Shown here: positions 26,147-33,192 of the stretch, piece after piece
How positions within the stretch are numbered: the stretch's first letter is position 1
How the letters are laid out: each line of letters opens with the position of its first letter
Source of the DNA: a virus
Lineage: Duplodnaviria > Caudoviricetes
Reading direction: 5' to 3' (one strand)
IMG/VR virus record: IMGVR_UViG_3300032212_000101
Location: 1-34,437 of that record
Length of the DNA: 34,437 bases
Notes under the pieces: model-generated
Told to the model about the DNA's origin: nothing
Databases searched by the model: none
The model's input: only the letters and a program-made list of their open reading frames with translations
Position numbers and translations under genes: made by a program

Positions 26147-26208
26147 AGCTAACAAATAAATTAAGCGCGATAACATAAAGCGTTGCGCCTTATTAAGTGT
26201 CGTTATTA
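26147..26208 (+). other. Integron attC site (62 bp)
   Basis: R'' AGCTAAC ... AATTAAGCGCGATAAC / GTTGCGCCTTATT ... R' GTTATTA. Imperfect palindrome with two extra top-strand bases; the right spacer is slightly long. Confidence 0.7.
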
Positions 26209-26735
26209 ATCAGTCTTTCTAGTCGTCTTCTATATTCAGGGTATGTCTCGCCTCTGCTTGGCTGCGGTAGATCATTATCCTTTGCAAACCCTTCAAGCTT
26301 TTCATTGTCTCTTGGTAATGTAAGCCTTGTTGCCTGCTCTGGTATCTTCCAAGCCTCTAAATACAGCTCGTTTTTAATAAAATTACTTAATTTATATACA
26401 AATTCGCTCTTTGTTGCCTTGATATAAGCAGAATATCGCTCTGTTCCTGCCTGTATGACGCTGTGAGGCACTTTTTTGTTAATCTTTGCTAAGTACTCCT
26501 TATAAGCTAGTGGCTTCGAGTTGCCTTCTCTGTGTGGCTTTAATTTATACAGTGTTTCAAATTCTGGTGAATATTCGTGCTGCTTTCTAGGCCGTGACTG
26601 CTTGGCCTTCTTAGTCACAACATAATCAAACTGGCCGTGTATAATCTCGCCGCTTTCCGTGGTCTGCTGGATGGTTTCTATTTCACAGCCTACGCCTTCA
26701 ATAAAAGCGCGTAAAAGCCTTATTTCGTTGGTCAT
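26193..26735 (-). CDS. Replication-protein-like gene (C-terminal domain of lambdoid initiators, no N-terminal HTH)
   Basis: YSPEFE..Y...P.REGNSK..AYK.Y.A......GTERY.AY.......FV.....F motif; C-terminal GETYPEYRRRL. Confidence 0.6.
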   Translation of the reverse strand: MTNEIRLLRAFIEGVGCEIETIQQTTESGEIIHGQFDYVVTKKAKQSRPRKQHEYSPEFETLYKLKPHREGNSKPLAYKEYLAKINKKVPHSVIQAGTERYSAYIKATKSEFVYKLSNFIKNELYLEAWKIPEQATRLTLPRDNEKLEGFAKDNDLPQPSRGETYPEYRRRLERLINNDT

Positions 26736-26738
26736 TGG

Positions 26739-27944
26739 CTATGCCGCTTCGCTTCTTCTCTTCTGCTGTATTGCTTTAAACTTGCCGTAAGCCTCTGATT
26801 TGGGCTGAGTCTGCCCAAGACCTTTGCAGTAGTAATCATTTCTCAATATACACCTGCACATTCTTCTCCATGAAGGCGCCCATTGTTTTACCTCAAGATC
26901 GTGCGGAGCAAGATCAGGAATTGTTTTATATCCTCTTTTCTTCCAGCATGAAATAAACTTTGTGAATCTATCTTTGTAATTATCCTGCATCGGCTTTGGT
27001 AGGCTCTTTAACAGAAAATTAGTGTATTCTTGCCAATTGTATTTATCTGGCTTTGATATTTTGTTATTCCCATTAATATTCCCGCTTTCTTGAGAATACA
27101 AGGCGCCAGAATTAACACCGCTTACCCGATTCAATAACTTGTACCATGTATCAGGTTCGAGCAACTGATAAAGCCATAGTCCTTTCTTTTGATCATCACC
27201 AAAAGGCTGGCATAGCCTCTGGTTACTAAATTTAACGCCTGCTCTTGTCATAAGGTCGTATATTTTATTGTAGCCCAACTCCTCGCTTTTTGCGTGATAC
27301 AGCCATATATCCTCAGTTCTCCAATCATATATCGGATACACGTTATAAACATTCTTGTCTATTTTTGTTGTCCATTTCTTCTTATTAGCCATAAGTCCTG
27401 TCTTTTTAGACACAATAGCTCTGTATCTGTGCAAGCTTTCATCAGATCGAATACCTATTAACGCGCCACAAGTTTTTCCTTTTGAATACCACTTACCAAA
27501 AATAACCATCAACTCTTCAAACTCCATTCTTGGGTGATAAAAATCATATTGACTTAAATCAGAGGCCAAAGCAGGCTTTTCCCTTACCCATAAATCCTTT
27601 TTTGACTCATCCCAGCAAACCCATTTAGGCTCATAATCAGAAACTGCATTTCTAAGCAATAGCTCACCACAAAACCAATGAAGATCAATACAATCAGAAT
27701 ATTCATCAACCATATAATTTACATGACTTATTGTTGCCGTATATTGAGCTTCAAGATCAATAACTAAAATACCAACTTTTCGTCCTCTACGCCTAGCCTC
27801 TTGACATACCAAGTGCATTAAAACAGTAGAATCTTTACCACCTGAAAAACTTATATAAAGCCTTTCAAACATATCAAATGACTCGGAAACCCTTCTATTT
27901 GACGCATCTAAAACACTATGTTTCTGATATACCTTATGACTCAT
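26739..27944 (-). CDS. ibrA: PAPS-reductase-domain / DUF3440 protein (IbrA/YbdN-like)
   Basis: PP-loop SFSGGKDS, IDLEAQY..T, GIRSDESLHRY, YPIYDW.TEDIW, QRLCQPFG and PSWRRMCRCILRNDYYC. Confidence 0.85.
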   Translation of the reverse strand: MSHKVYQKHSVLDASNRRVSESFDMFERLYISFSGGKDSTVLMHLVCQEARRRGRKVGILVIDLEAQYTATISHVNYMVDEYSDCIDLHWFCGELLLRNAVSDYEPKWVCWDESKKDLWVREKPALASDLSQYDFYHPRMEFEELMVIFGKWYSKGKTCGALIGIRSDESLHRYRAIVSKKTGLMANKKKWTTKIDKNVYNVYPIYDWRTEDIWLYHAKSEELGYNKIYDLMTRAGVKFSNQRLCQPFGDDQKKGLWLYQLLEPDTWYKLLNRVSGVNSGALYSQESGNINGNNKISKPDKYNWQEYTNFLLKSLPKPMQDNYKDRFTKFISCWKKRGYKTIPDLAPHDLEVKQWAPSWRRMCRCILRNDYYCKGLGQTQPKSEAYGKFKAIQQKRRSEAA

Positions 27945-29078
27945 TTAATAAATCTCCACTTGACGACCAGAGCTTGTTGCCTCAACCATATCTACAGGGT
28001 CTCTTCCATTCTGCAAAAGCCAGTCATTCAAAACATCTAACGCTACTTCGTTTGCTTCTTCTTTTTGATCATCTGTTAACAAGTTAAATCCAGCGCAAAA
28101 TTTAGATGGAATACCCGTTTCATAACACATCGCTGCTTGACCAATCCAAGCTATTCTATTCATAGCGAAATTAGTTAAATAATGCTCACACGAATTATTC
28201 CATTCGTTTATTACAGAGTTGGCCGCTTTTCTGAACCTGTTAGAATCAGATAAAAAGTCTCTATATGCGTTCTCGCATTCATCTTTTGTCATTCCGTCTA
28301 CTTTGCTCGCATAAAATCCAGATTTTTGGCATTCCCATTTATCAAAAGTATGAAATATTCTATCTCCCTTACCTTCGTTTGGAATTCTTGCCTTACTTAT
28401 TTCGTCATCACTAATATTATCAGTTAGATCATCCCAAGACTCTGTTGAATCGTCAGCTTCCCATGCCCTGCTAAAGTCATTGTCACTAAATAAATTCTCC
28501 ATTCCTGATATTTGGCATAGCCTTAAAACCTCTTCCTCGTCCATACCAAGCTCTTTTGCTATTCGCGCATTTCGCCAATTTCTATTCTTTAGCTCAATAA
28601 CAATTTCACTCATTGCGTCAATTTGGTGCTTTCCTCTTGCCCTGTTATGCCTGATTGTTGATGCAATTCTATCGTTTTTGCTAGTTTGCTCATTTCTAAC
28701 AGACACTATTGGCAGATAACCATTTACGCGCTCTTTAACAGATTTAGACTCTTTTCCAACTCTAGAACGATGAAAACCGTCAATAACCTCTATCTTGTCA
28801 TCATTAGGCCAAGTAACAATTGGCTGAGTATAACCATCATTCATAATGGATATTTCCAATAGTTCCATCTCAGGTGGCGCAACTTTGTTTGGATTATAGT
28901 CATTCGCCTGCACCGAATCATTTTTCACCCACAAAACACAATCAACCGGCTCACTTGAAAATGGACTAATCTCATGCAATGCTAATTTTAGTTTATTAAT
29001 AGCATCTACTTTTGCATCAATATCAAGCAAATTAATATTTCTTGTTATCGAATCTATTTCTGTATCTAAAGACATCAT
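27945..29078 (-). CDS. ibrB: ParB/sulfiredoxin-domain protein (IbrB/YbdM-like) fused to an extra C-terminal domain
   Basis: EPVDCVLWV, ANDYNPNKVAPPEM.LL..SI..DGYTQPIV, IDGFHR and STIRHNRARGKH, plus about 140 extra residues. Confidence 0.85.
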   Translation of the reverse strand: MMSLDTEIDSITRNINLLDIDAKVDAINKLKLALHEISPFSSEPVDCVLWVKNDSVQANDYNPNKVAPPEMELLEISIMNDGYTQPIVTWPNDDKIEVIDGFHRSRVGKESKSVKERVNGYLPIVSVRNEQTSKNDRIASTIRHNRARGKHQIDAMSEIVIELKNRNWRNARIAKELGMDEEEVLRLCQISGMENLFSDNDFSRAWEADDSTESWDDLTDNISDDEISKARIPNEGKGDRIFHTFDKWECQKSGFYASKVDGMTKDECENAYRDFLSDSNRFRKAANSVINEWNNSCEHYLTNFAMNRIAWIGQAAMCYETGIPSKFCAGFNLLTDDQKEEANEVALDVLNDWLLQNGRDPVDMVEATSSGRQVEIY

Positions 29079-29096
29079 CTTTCCTCTATGTTTTTA

Positions 29097-29765
29097 CTAA
29101 ACAGGCTTAATATCTTTCAATGCTTCTTCAATATCACTGGCTAAATAATCTTTACCACCGATATTTACTGTAGGCTCATTCTTTGCTTCTACATCTATTC
29201 CTGAAATCTCTTTAAAAATAGCCGCGTCGAAGTTTGGAAGATCAAATAATTTAGCCCTATCCTCTTCACTTGCATTATCCCATGATCGCTTCCATGCTTC
29301 GTGGTAATCGTAAGACTTCAAATAACCGTCTACCACTTCCCATTTTGGATTGTCTTCTTTTTCCTTATCCGTCATATCGCATCCATAAATCCATTCTTTA
29401 GTCTCAAAATAAAAGAAATCCGGAAATGATATATCATTAAATTTAACACCTGAATCTTTATTAAATATTCTTACTGTTGGCTCGGTAGTGTTCAGGTAGC
29501 CTGTGTTCCGATTTCCTACGTTCCAATTTCCTGCGTTCCAATCGCCTGTGTTCCGATTTCCTACGTTCCAATTTCCTACGTTCCAATTTCCTGTGTTCCG
29601 ATTTCCTACGTTCCAATCGCCTGTGTTCAGGTAGCCTGTGTTCCGATTTCCTACGTTCCAATCGCCTGTGTTCCGATTTCCTACGTTCCAATTTCCTGCG
29701 TTCCAATCGCCTGCGTTCCGATTTCCTGTGTTCCAATTTCCTGTGTTATTCTTTGAATCACTCAT
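29097..29765 (-). CDS. Phage N-x-G-x-x pentapeptide-repeat protein
   Basis: 17 NTGNW-type units, then a conserved FNK...GYLK...Y.EAW...W...LPNFD..IF.EI.GI tail. Confidence 0.85.
   Translation of the reverse strand: MSDSKNNTGNWNTGNRNAGDWNAGNWNVGNRNTGDWNVGNRNTGYLNTGDWNVGNRNTGNWNVGNWNVGNRNTGDWNAGNWNVGNRNTGYLNTTEPTVRIFNKDSGVKFNDISFPDFFYFETKEWIYGCDMTDKEKEDNPKWEVVDGYLKSYDYHEAWKRSWDNASEEDRAKLFDLPNFDAAIFKEISGIDVEAKNEPTVNIGGKDYLASDIEEALKDIKPV
29493..29747 (-). repeat. 17 tandem 15-bp coding repeats
   Basis: Units such as GTTCCAATTTCCTGT, GTTCCGATTTCCTAC and GTTCCAATCGCCTGT on the plus strand. Confidence 0.9.
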
Positions 29766-29843
29766 TTTCTCTCTCCTGTTTTTTACTTATTCTAGCTACT
29801 GTGTAGCGGGTGTCTAATCAGTATTTTTTATGGGTGGTATAAA

Positions 29844-30023
29844 TTAATGCTCTATTTTAATTCCCGCCTTATCAAATTTATTAAAATACTCTTTGGCCGC
29901 TAATTTTGCCCAATCTGGTAAATTACTCGTCCCTCTATCAATCTCATCAAAAAATAAAACGAGTCTCTTGGCATCATCTTCTGTCATTTGTATATGAACA
30001 TATTTAATCGTTTTTATTCTCAT
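29844..30023 (-). CDS. Small hypothetical protein (59 aa)
   Basis: AGGA RBS; abuts the upstream stop. Read by hand (MRIKTIKYVHIQMTEDDAKRL...). Confidence 0.55.
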   Translation of the reverse strand: MRIKTIKYVHIQMTEDDAKRLVLFFDEIDRGTSNLPDWAKLAAKEYFNKFDKAGIKIEH

Positions 30024-30260
30024 TTATTTATCCTGTTTTTTCTTAATAATTAACACTCTACCGTCTTCAAGATCAATCCTTCCGTCTTGTTTCCCATGTC
30101 CGCAACAGCAAGCAACAGTCTTTACGCCACCAGCATTAAGTGATGCCACTATCTGATGAATGCACCAATCAATGCATCTAACCTTTCCATTTATAGGCAT
30201 TACAACTTGATTGCTATAAGTTTTTTCGCCACCGCATGAATCACATTTATCACAAGTCAT
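30024..30260 (-). CDS. Small Cys/His protein with a TYW3-like motif
   Basis: IDWCI..IV..LN..G..T..CCCGHG. Confidence 0.6.
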   Translation of the reverse strand: MTCDKCDSCGGEKTYSNQVVMPINGKVRCIDWCIHQIVASLNAGGVKTVACCCGHGKQDGRIDLEDGRVLIIKKKQDK

Positions 30261-30262
30261 AA

Positions 30263-30487
30263 TTATTCTCGATTTCCAGATATGTATTGATCTAAATGCA
30301 CCCTAAAGCAATGCAAGTGCATCAATAGCTCTGGTATGTCAGACATTGTGCTTGCAATATACAAGCTGCCGTCATCCTCAAAACCAACTAATACAGCTGT
30401 TTTTAATTTGTCTTTTGCGCCATCAAGCACATCATTTACTGGCAAATCAACCGCAGTCAAACCGTTAAAATCAATAACATCACCCAT
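30263..30487 (-). CDS. Hypothetical phage protein
   Basis: AGGAGG RBS. Confidence 0.75.
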   Translation of the reverse strand: MGDVIDFNGLTAVDLPVNDVLDGAKDKLKTAVLVGFEDDGSLYIASTMSDIPELLMHLHCFRVHLDQYISGNRE

Positions 30488-30522
30488 CTTTCCTCCTAGC
30501 CAAAATTAATGGCTGTCATTAC

Positions 30523-30927
30523 CTACTTGTTATCTCTACTAGGCCATAAAAGCCCTATTCCAAACTTTTCAGATGTTAGCCGGTTTAAATTCTCGTAAAC
30601 TTGGCTAATTTCCACTGTAGACAGCTCTTTAGTGCTGGTTTTATCAGGAAATAGCGCCTTCATTATCGGGTGAAACATATATTTCTTGACGGTTTCAGGC
30701 GTGAAATCCACCGGTGCCGTGATAGTTTCTTTTACATCATAACCCGCGTCATTTAAAGCCTTCGCCAGATCAGCTATATACTCATGCAAACAGCCGTTCT
30801 GAGTTAATGTGCGCTTACCCGGCTTAGACTTTTCAACACTAACAGTAAATGAACCGTCTAGCGGTAAATCCCGTATATAATCCATTAATTCGGCCTTACT
30901 AGTGAAGCTGTCTATATTTTGCTTCAT
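30523..30927 (-). CDS. NinB/Orf-like recombination accessory protein
   Basis: KRTLTQN..LH....DLA..L and ST.ELST.E motifs. Confidence 0.7.
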   Translation of the reverse strand: MKQNIDSFTSKAELMDYIRDLPLDGSFTVSVEKSKPGKRTLTQNGCLHEYIADLAKALNDAGYDVKETITAPVDFTPETVKKYMFHPIMKALFPDKTSTKELSTVEISQVYENLNRLTSEKFGIGLLWPSRDNK

Positions 30928-31040
30928 GCCAGCCTATAGCCTGAATAGTGCTTTCTATTGGGTGAGGCTATGTTTCTGCTCACAATGTCATGCCCTGATT
31001 GCAAGGCTTCTAATATCTGTTTATTTTGTGATTTACTCAT
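30924..31040 (-). pseudogene. Internally deleted phage winged-HTH gene (38 aa)
   Basis: MSKSQNKQILEALQSG joined directly to HDIVSRNIASPNRKHYSGYRLA; the central HTH helices are missing. Confidence 0.5.
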
Positions 31041-31185
31041 CTTCGCTGCCCTCTAAATCCGCTTGCTCTGCTTTTTCATCTTCTACCATTTCATCAGCGT
31101 ACTGCTCTGCGTCTTTATCATTCATTTTTAAAGTGCGCTTGGCAAAGGCAAATGCATTTTCATATACGACTCGTAGATTAGTCAT
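31033..31185 (-). CDS. Small acidic hypothetical protein (50 aa)
   Basis: AGGAG RBS; overlaps at both ends. Read by hand. Confidence 0.6.
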   Translation of the reverse strand: MTNLRVVYENAFAFAKRTLKMNDKDAEQYADEMVEDEKAEQADLEGSEDE

Positions 31186-31480
31186 CTATCGCTACTCCTG
31201 TGATTATTTTGGTTGCGTCAGCTGTGATATAAGCCGTGGTGTCTTCTAATAGCAGCTCGCCAAGCTCAACCAAAGCTAACAGCCTTTCGCCACTCTTGGC
31301 GCCTCTAGCCTTACTTAATAGCTTTGCTAGGTCATTACTTATATTCTCGCCTATCGCGTCCTGTACGCTGCCATAGTCATTCCAAAGCTCATTTTCACAG
31401 TCTTTTATAGCTTGTACTGTTTCTGATGTGTGCTCTTCGTTGCGTGGGTCGCTTATTCCGTACCATTTGCGCTCGCTCAT
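31178..31480 (-). CDS. Hypothetical phage protein
   Basis: GGAG RBS; ATGA overlap. Confidence 0.7.
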   Translation of the reverse strand: MSERKWYGISDPRNEEHTSETVQAIKDCENELWNDYGSVQDAIGENISNDLAKLLSKARGAKSGERLLALVELGELLLEDTTAYITADATKIITGVAIDD

Positions 31481-31800
31481 TCTTGTATCTCCGGTCTAAC
31501 AGTTAAGGTAAACCCATAAGAGCTACCATAATCACAAGTTTCACATCCACCAATAGAGAAACGATTATCATCATTTATATTTTTTGTGCCAAAGAAATCT
31601 GCTAAATTCATAAGAACATCTAGGTTTAAGTTTGGTTGCTCATACATGCAATCAAATGTTATTTTAACTTCATCCGATTTATTGCTGTCTATATTTACTG
31701 ATTTCTCGCCTTCCCAGCCCATTGAGTAATGCTTTTTATGGTCTTCATTCCAAATATCAACAACTTTATTAAGTATTTCTTCATCTGAATACGTCTTCAT
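31477..31800 (-). CDS. Hypothetical phage protein (GCETCDYGS motif)
   Basis: AAGGA RBS; ATGA overlap. Confidence 0.75.
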   Translation of the reverse strand: MKTYSDEEILNKVVDIWNEDHKKHYSMGWEGEKSVNIDSNKSDEVKITFDCMYEQPNLNLDVLMNLADFFGTKNINDDNRFSIGGCETCDYGSSYGFTLTVRPEIQE

Positions 31801-32060
31801 TTCTGTTCCTTTCTGAATTTGTCGTGAATAGAGATCAATTCATCTTCTATCTTGTGAATAGCCTCTACTGGCTCATCAGCATCAGCATAAGTATAAAATT
31901 CGTGACTATAGTTTTTACCATTCCAGCCGTTTAAACATATATCAATGCCGATCTTTTCAACATGGCCGCTATAGTGTAAAAATACGTGAAAATCATCTGC
32001 GTTAAGGTTTGCGACTGTCTCCATCAATCCAGCCATCGCTCGTTGTGTTCTAATGTCCAT
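31797..32060 (-). CDS. Hypothetical phage protein, first gene of the leftward early operon
   Basis: GGAG RBS; YSGHV..I.I motif. Confidence 0.75.
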   Translation of the reverse strand: MDIRTQRAMAGLMETVANLNADDFHVFLHYSGHVEKIGIDICLNGWNGKNYSHEFYTYADADEPVEAIHKIEDELISIHDKFRKEQK

Positions 32061-32085
32061 CTCTCTCTCCGTTGTGTATGGTGTA

Positions 32086-32148
32086 AATATAGCGGAATGA
32101 CAGAATTATGGTAATGAAAAGATTTTATAGCGTATAAGTAGGATTTAT
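32086..32148 (-). promoter_or_regulatory. Leftward early promoter with tandem ATAA-N7-nnAT boxes (copy 4)
   Basis: Minus strand ATAAatcctacTTAT-N5-ATAAaatctttTCAT, then TTACCA-17-TATATT. Confidence 0.65.
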
Positions 32149-32151
32149 AGC

Positions 32152-32181
32152 AAAAGAAAACCCGCCAGAAGGTAGCGGGTT
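32152..32181 (-). terminator. Intrinsic terminator of a short leftward transcript
   Basis: Minus strand AACCCGC-taccttctg-GCGGGTT followed by TTCTTTT. Confidence 0.75.
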
Positions 32182-32322
32182 AATAACAACATAGAGAGGT
32201 TTAGTATAACTTACTTTGTGCCTTTTTATCATCTGTAGGCCGTAACAGGATTTGCCGAACTCTTTCGAGCCAGCGCCCAAATGCAGAACAAATGGGTAAG
32301 CGCGATACTTGATTGTATAGCT
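32152..32322 (-). ncRNA. Candidate ~170-nt small RNA
   Basis: Extended -10 TGGTATAAT (32337-32329), internal GAAA-tetraloop hairpin (32254-32274), terminator; no credible ORF. Confidence 0.5.
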
Positions 32323-32352
32323 GTGTTTATTATACCAGAAAAGAAAAAAGAC

Positions 32353-32381
32353 TTGCTAAGTTAATAACAAATCTTTATTCT
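32353..32381 (+). promoter_or_regulatory. Rightward sigma70-like promoter
   Basis: TTGCTA (32353-32358), 17 bp, TATTCT (32376-32381). Confidence 0.6.
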
Positions 32382-32387
32382 TTATGA

Positions 32388-32652
32388 ATCTGTAACGTGT
32401 TTGGCGACACTTGCAGGAATCAGTAGAACGATTACGTAACTCTTGCTTCAACAGATTTTCAGTGATTATACCTACCTTTCCTAGCATTTAAAACCGTTTT
32501 CAGACCTTGTTATATGTCCCGCTGAGAGTCTGGGAGCAGTGAACCAGATTAAAGGCTTTGAGCCTCGATATAAGATAATGCACCGGCGGGTGGTAGTGGT
32601 TCAGGCCACGATACAACAAAATTACCGCGACAATAGCATATAACAAGCCTGA
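32388..32652 (+). ncRNA. Long structured non-coding leader/RNA
   Basis: 5' hairpin at 32390-32416; multibranch domain closed by CTTGTTATATG 32506-32516 / CATATAACAAG 32637-32647. Confidence 0.6.
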
Positions 32653-32670
32653 TATAGCATGACTATGGAC

Positions 32671-32690
32671 TTATCCACAGGTTATCCACA
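32671..32690 (+). promoter_or_regulatory. Two tandem perfect DnaA boxes; candidate replication origin
   Basis: TTATCCACA at 32671-32679 and 32682-32690 (11-bp period), followed by a T-rich tract at about 32726-32752. Confidence 0.75.
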
Positions 32691-32781
32691 GTCCCTATAA
32701 AAAGATTAACCGTACTTGACCGGTGTTTCTTTTCGTCTTTAATTTTTATTTAGATCAAAAGCGTTAAGCAAAGGATATATT

Positions 32782-33192
32782 ATGAAAAAGAAGTTTTATG
32801 CAATTAAGAAAGGCTTTAAATGTGGTGTTATTGTTAAATCATGGAGTGAGTGCGAATCATTAGTAAATGGTTATAAAAGCGCAGTATTTAAGGGTTTCCC
32901 TGACCATGAATCTGCTAAAAAGTGGCTTGGAAAACCTGAACCAGTAGAGCAAAAACAGATTATTCAGAAAGATGGAACTATATTTTTGCCAGCTACAAAC
33001 AAAAAGAATAAATACGGATATTACAAAGAGCGATATTACACAGTAAAAGGCCAGTTATTAGCGCATCATGGAACTACTATAGGGTGTAACTGTGATGTAA
33101 ATAACCTTTATTCTGGATTCGAGCCGCCGTGGGATTTATTGCCAATTAATGAAGCGCTAGATTTACAGCTATTAAGCTCATCACCGTTATAA
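32782..33192 (+). CDS. RNase H1 N-terminal hybrid-binding (Cauli_VI/viroplasmin) domain protein with no RNase H catalytic domain
   Basis: KFYAIKKG...GV...SW.EC...V.GYKSA.FKGF.....A..WL; AAGGA RBS. Confidence 0.8.
   Translation: MKKKFYAIKKGFKCGVIVKSWSECESLVNGYKSAVFKGFPDHESAKKWLGKPEPVEQKQIIQKDGTIFLPATNKKNKYGYYKERYYTVKGQLLAHHGTTIGCNCDVNNLYSGFEPPWDLLPINEALDLQLLSSSPL

Larger units (their letters stand above)
25486..26202. mobile_element. Integron-type gene cassette with its own promoter and three antisense-oriented genes
   Basis: Bounded by two attC sites with reciprocally matching R''/R' boxes. Confidence 0.75.

Noticed and set aside
26739-27944. cysH auxiliary metabolic gene for sulfate assimilation
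   Set aside because: Length, DUF3440-type C-terminus and ParB partner indicate the IbrA/YbdN family rather than CysH.
29461-29736. 91-aa Arg/Glu-rich repeat ORF
   Set aside because: Alternate-frame shadow of the 15-bp repeats inside the pentapeptide gene.
29493-29747. Possible CRISPR array or DGR repeats
   Set aside because: Contiguous in-frame coding repeats with no spacers; no cas or reverse transcriptase gene.
207-31249. Numerous antisense or nested ORFs in the track (e.g. 207-578, 4632-5315, 9234-9509, 22611-22943, 30902-31249)
   Set aside because: They lie opposite well-supported genes, lack an RBS and have shadow-like Ser/Phe-rich composition.
32205-32280. c-di-GMP-I riboswitch or hammerhead ribozyme on the minus strand
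   Set aside because: Has a CGAAAG hairpin, GCAAA and GGCCUA, but lacks the GGCAAAC/GGACGCAAAGC arrangement. CAGAUGA is not the CUGAUGA hammerhead core. A cmscan would settle it.
32782-33192. Functional RNase HI (rnhA)
   Set aside because: No YTDG...N/ELxA/TDS catalytic motifs; only the hybrid-binding domain is present.
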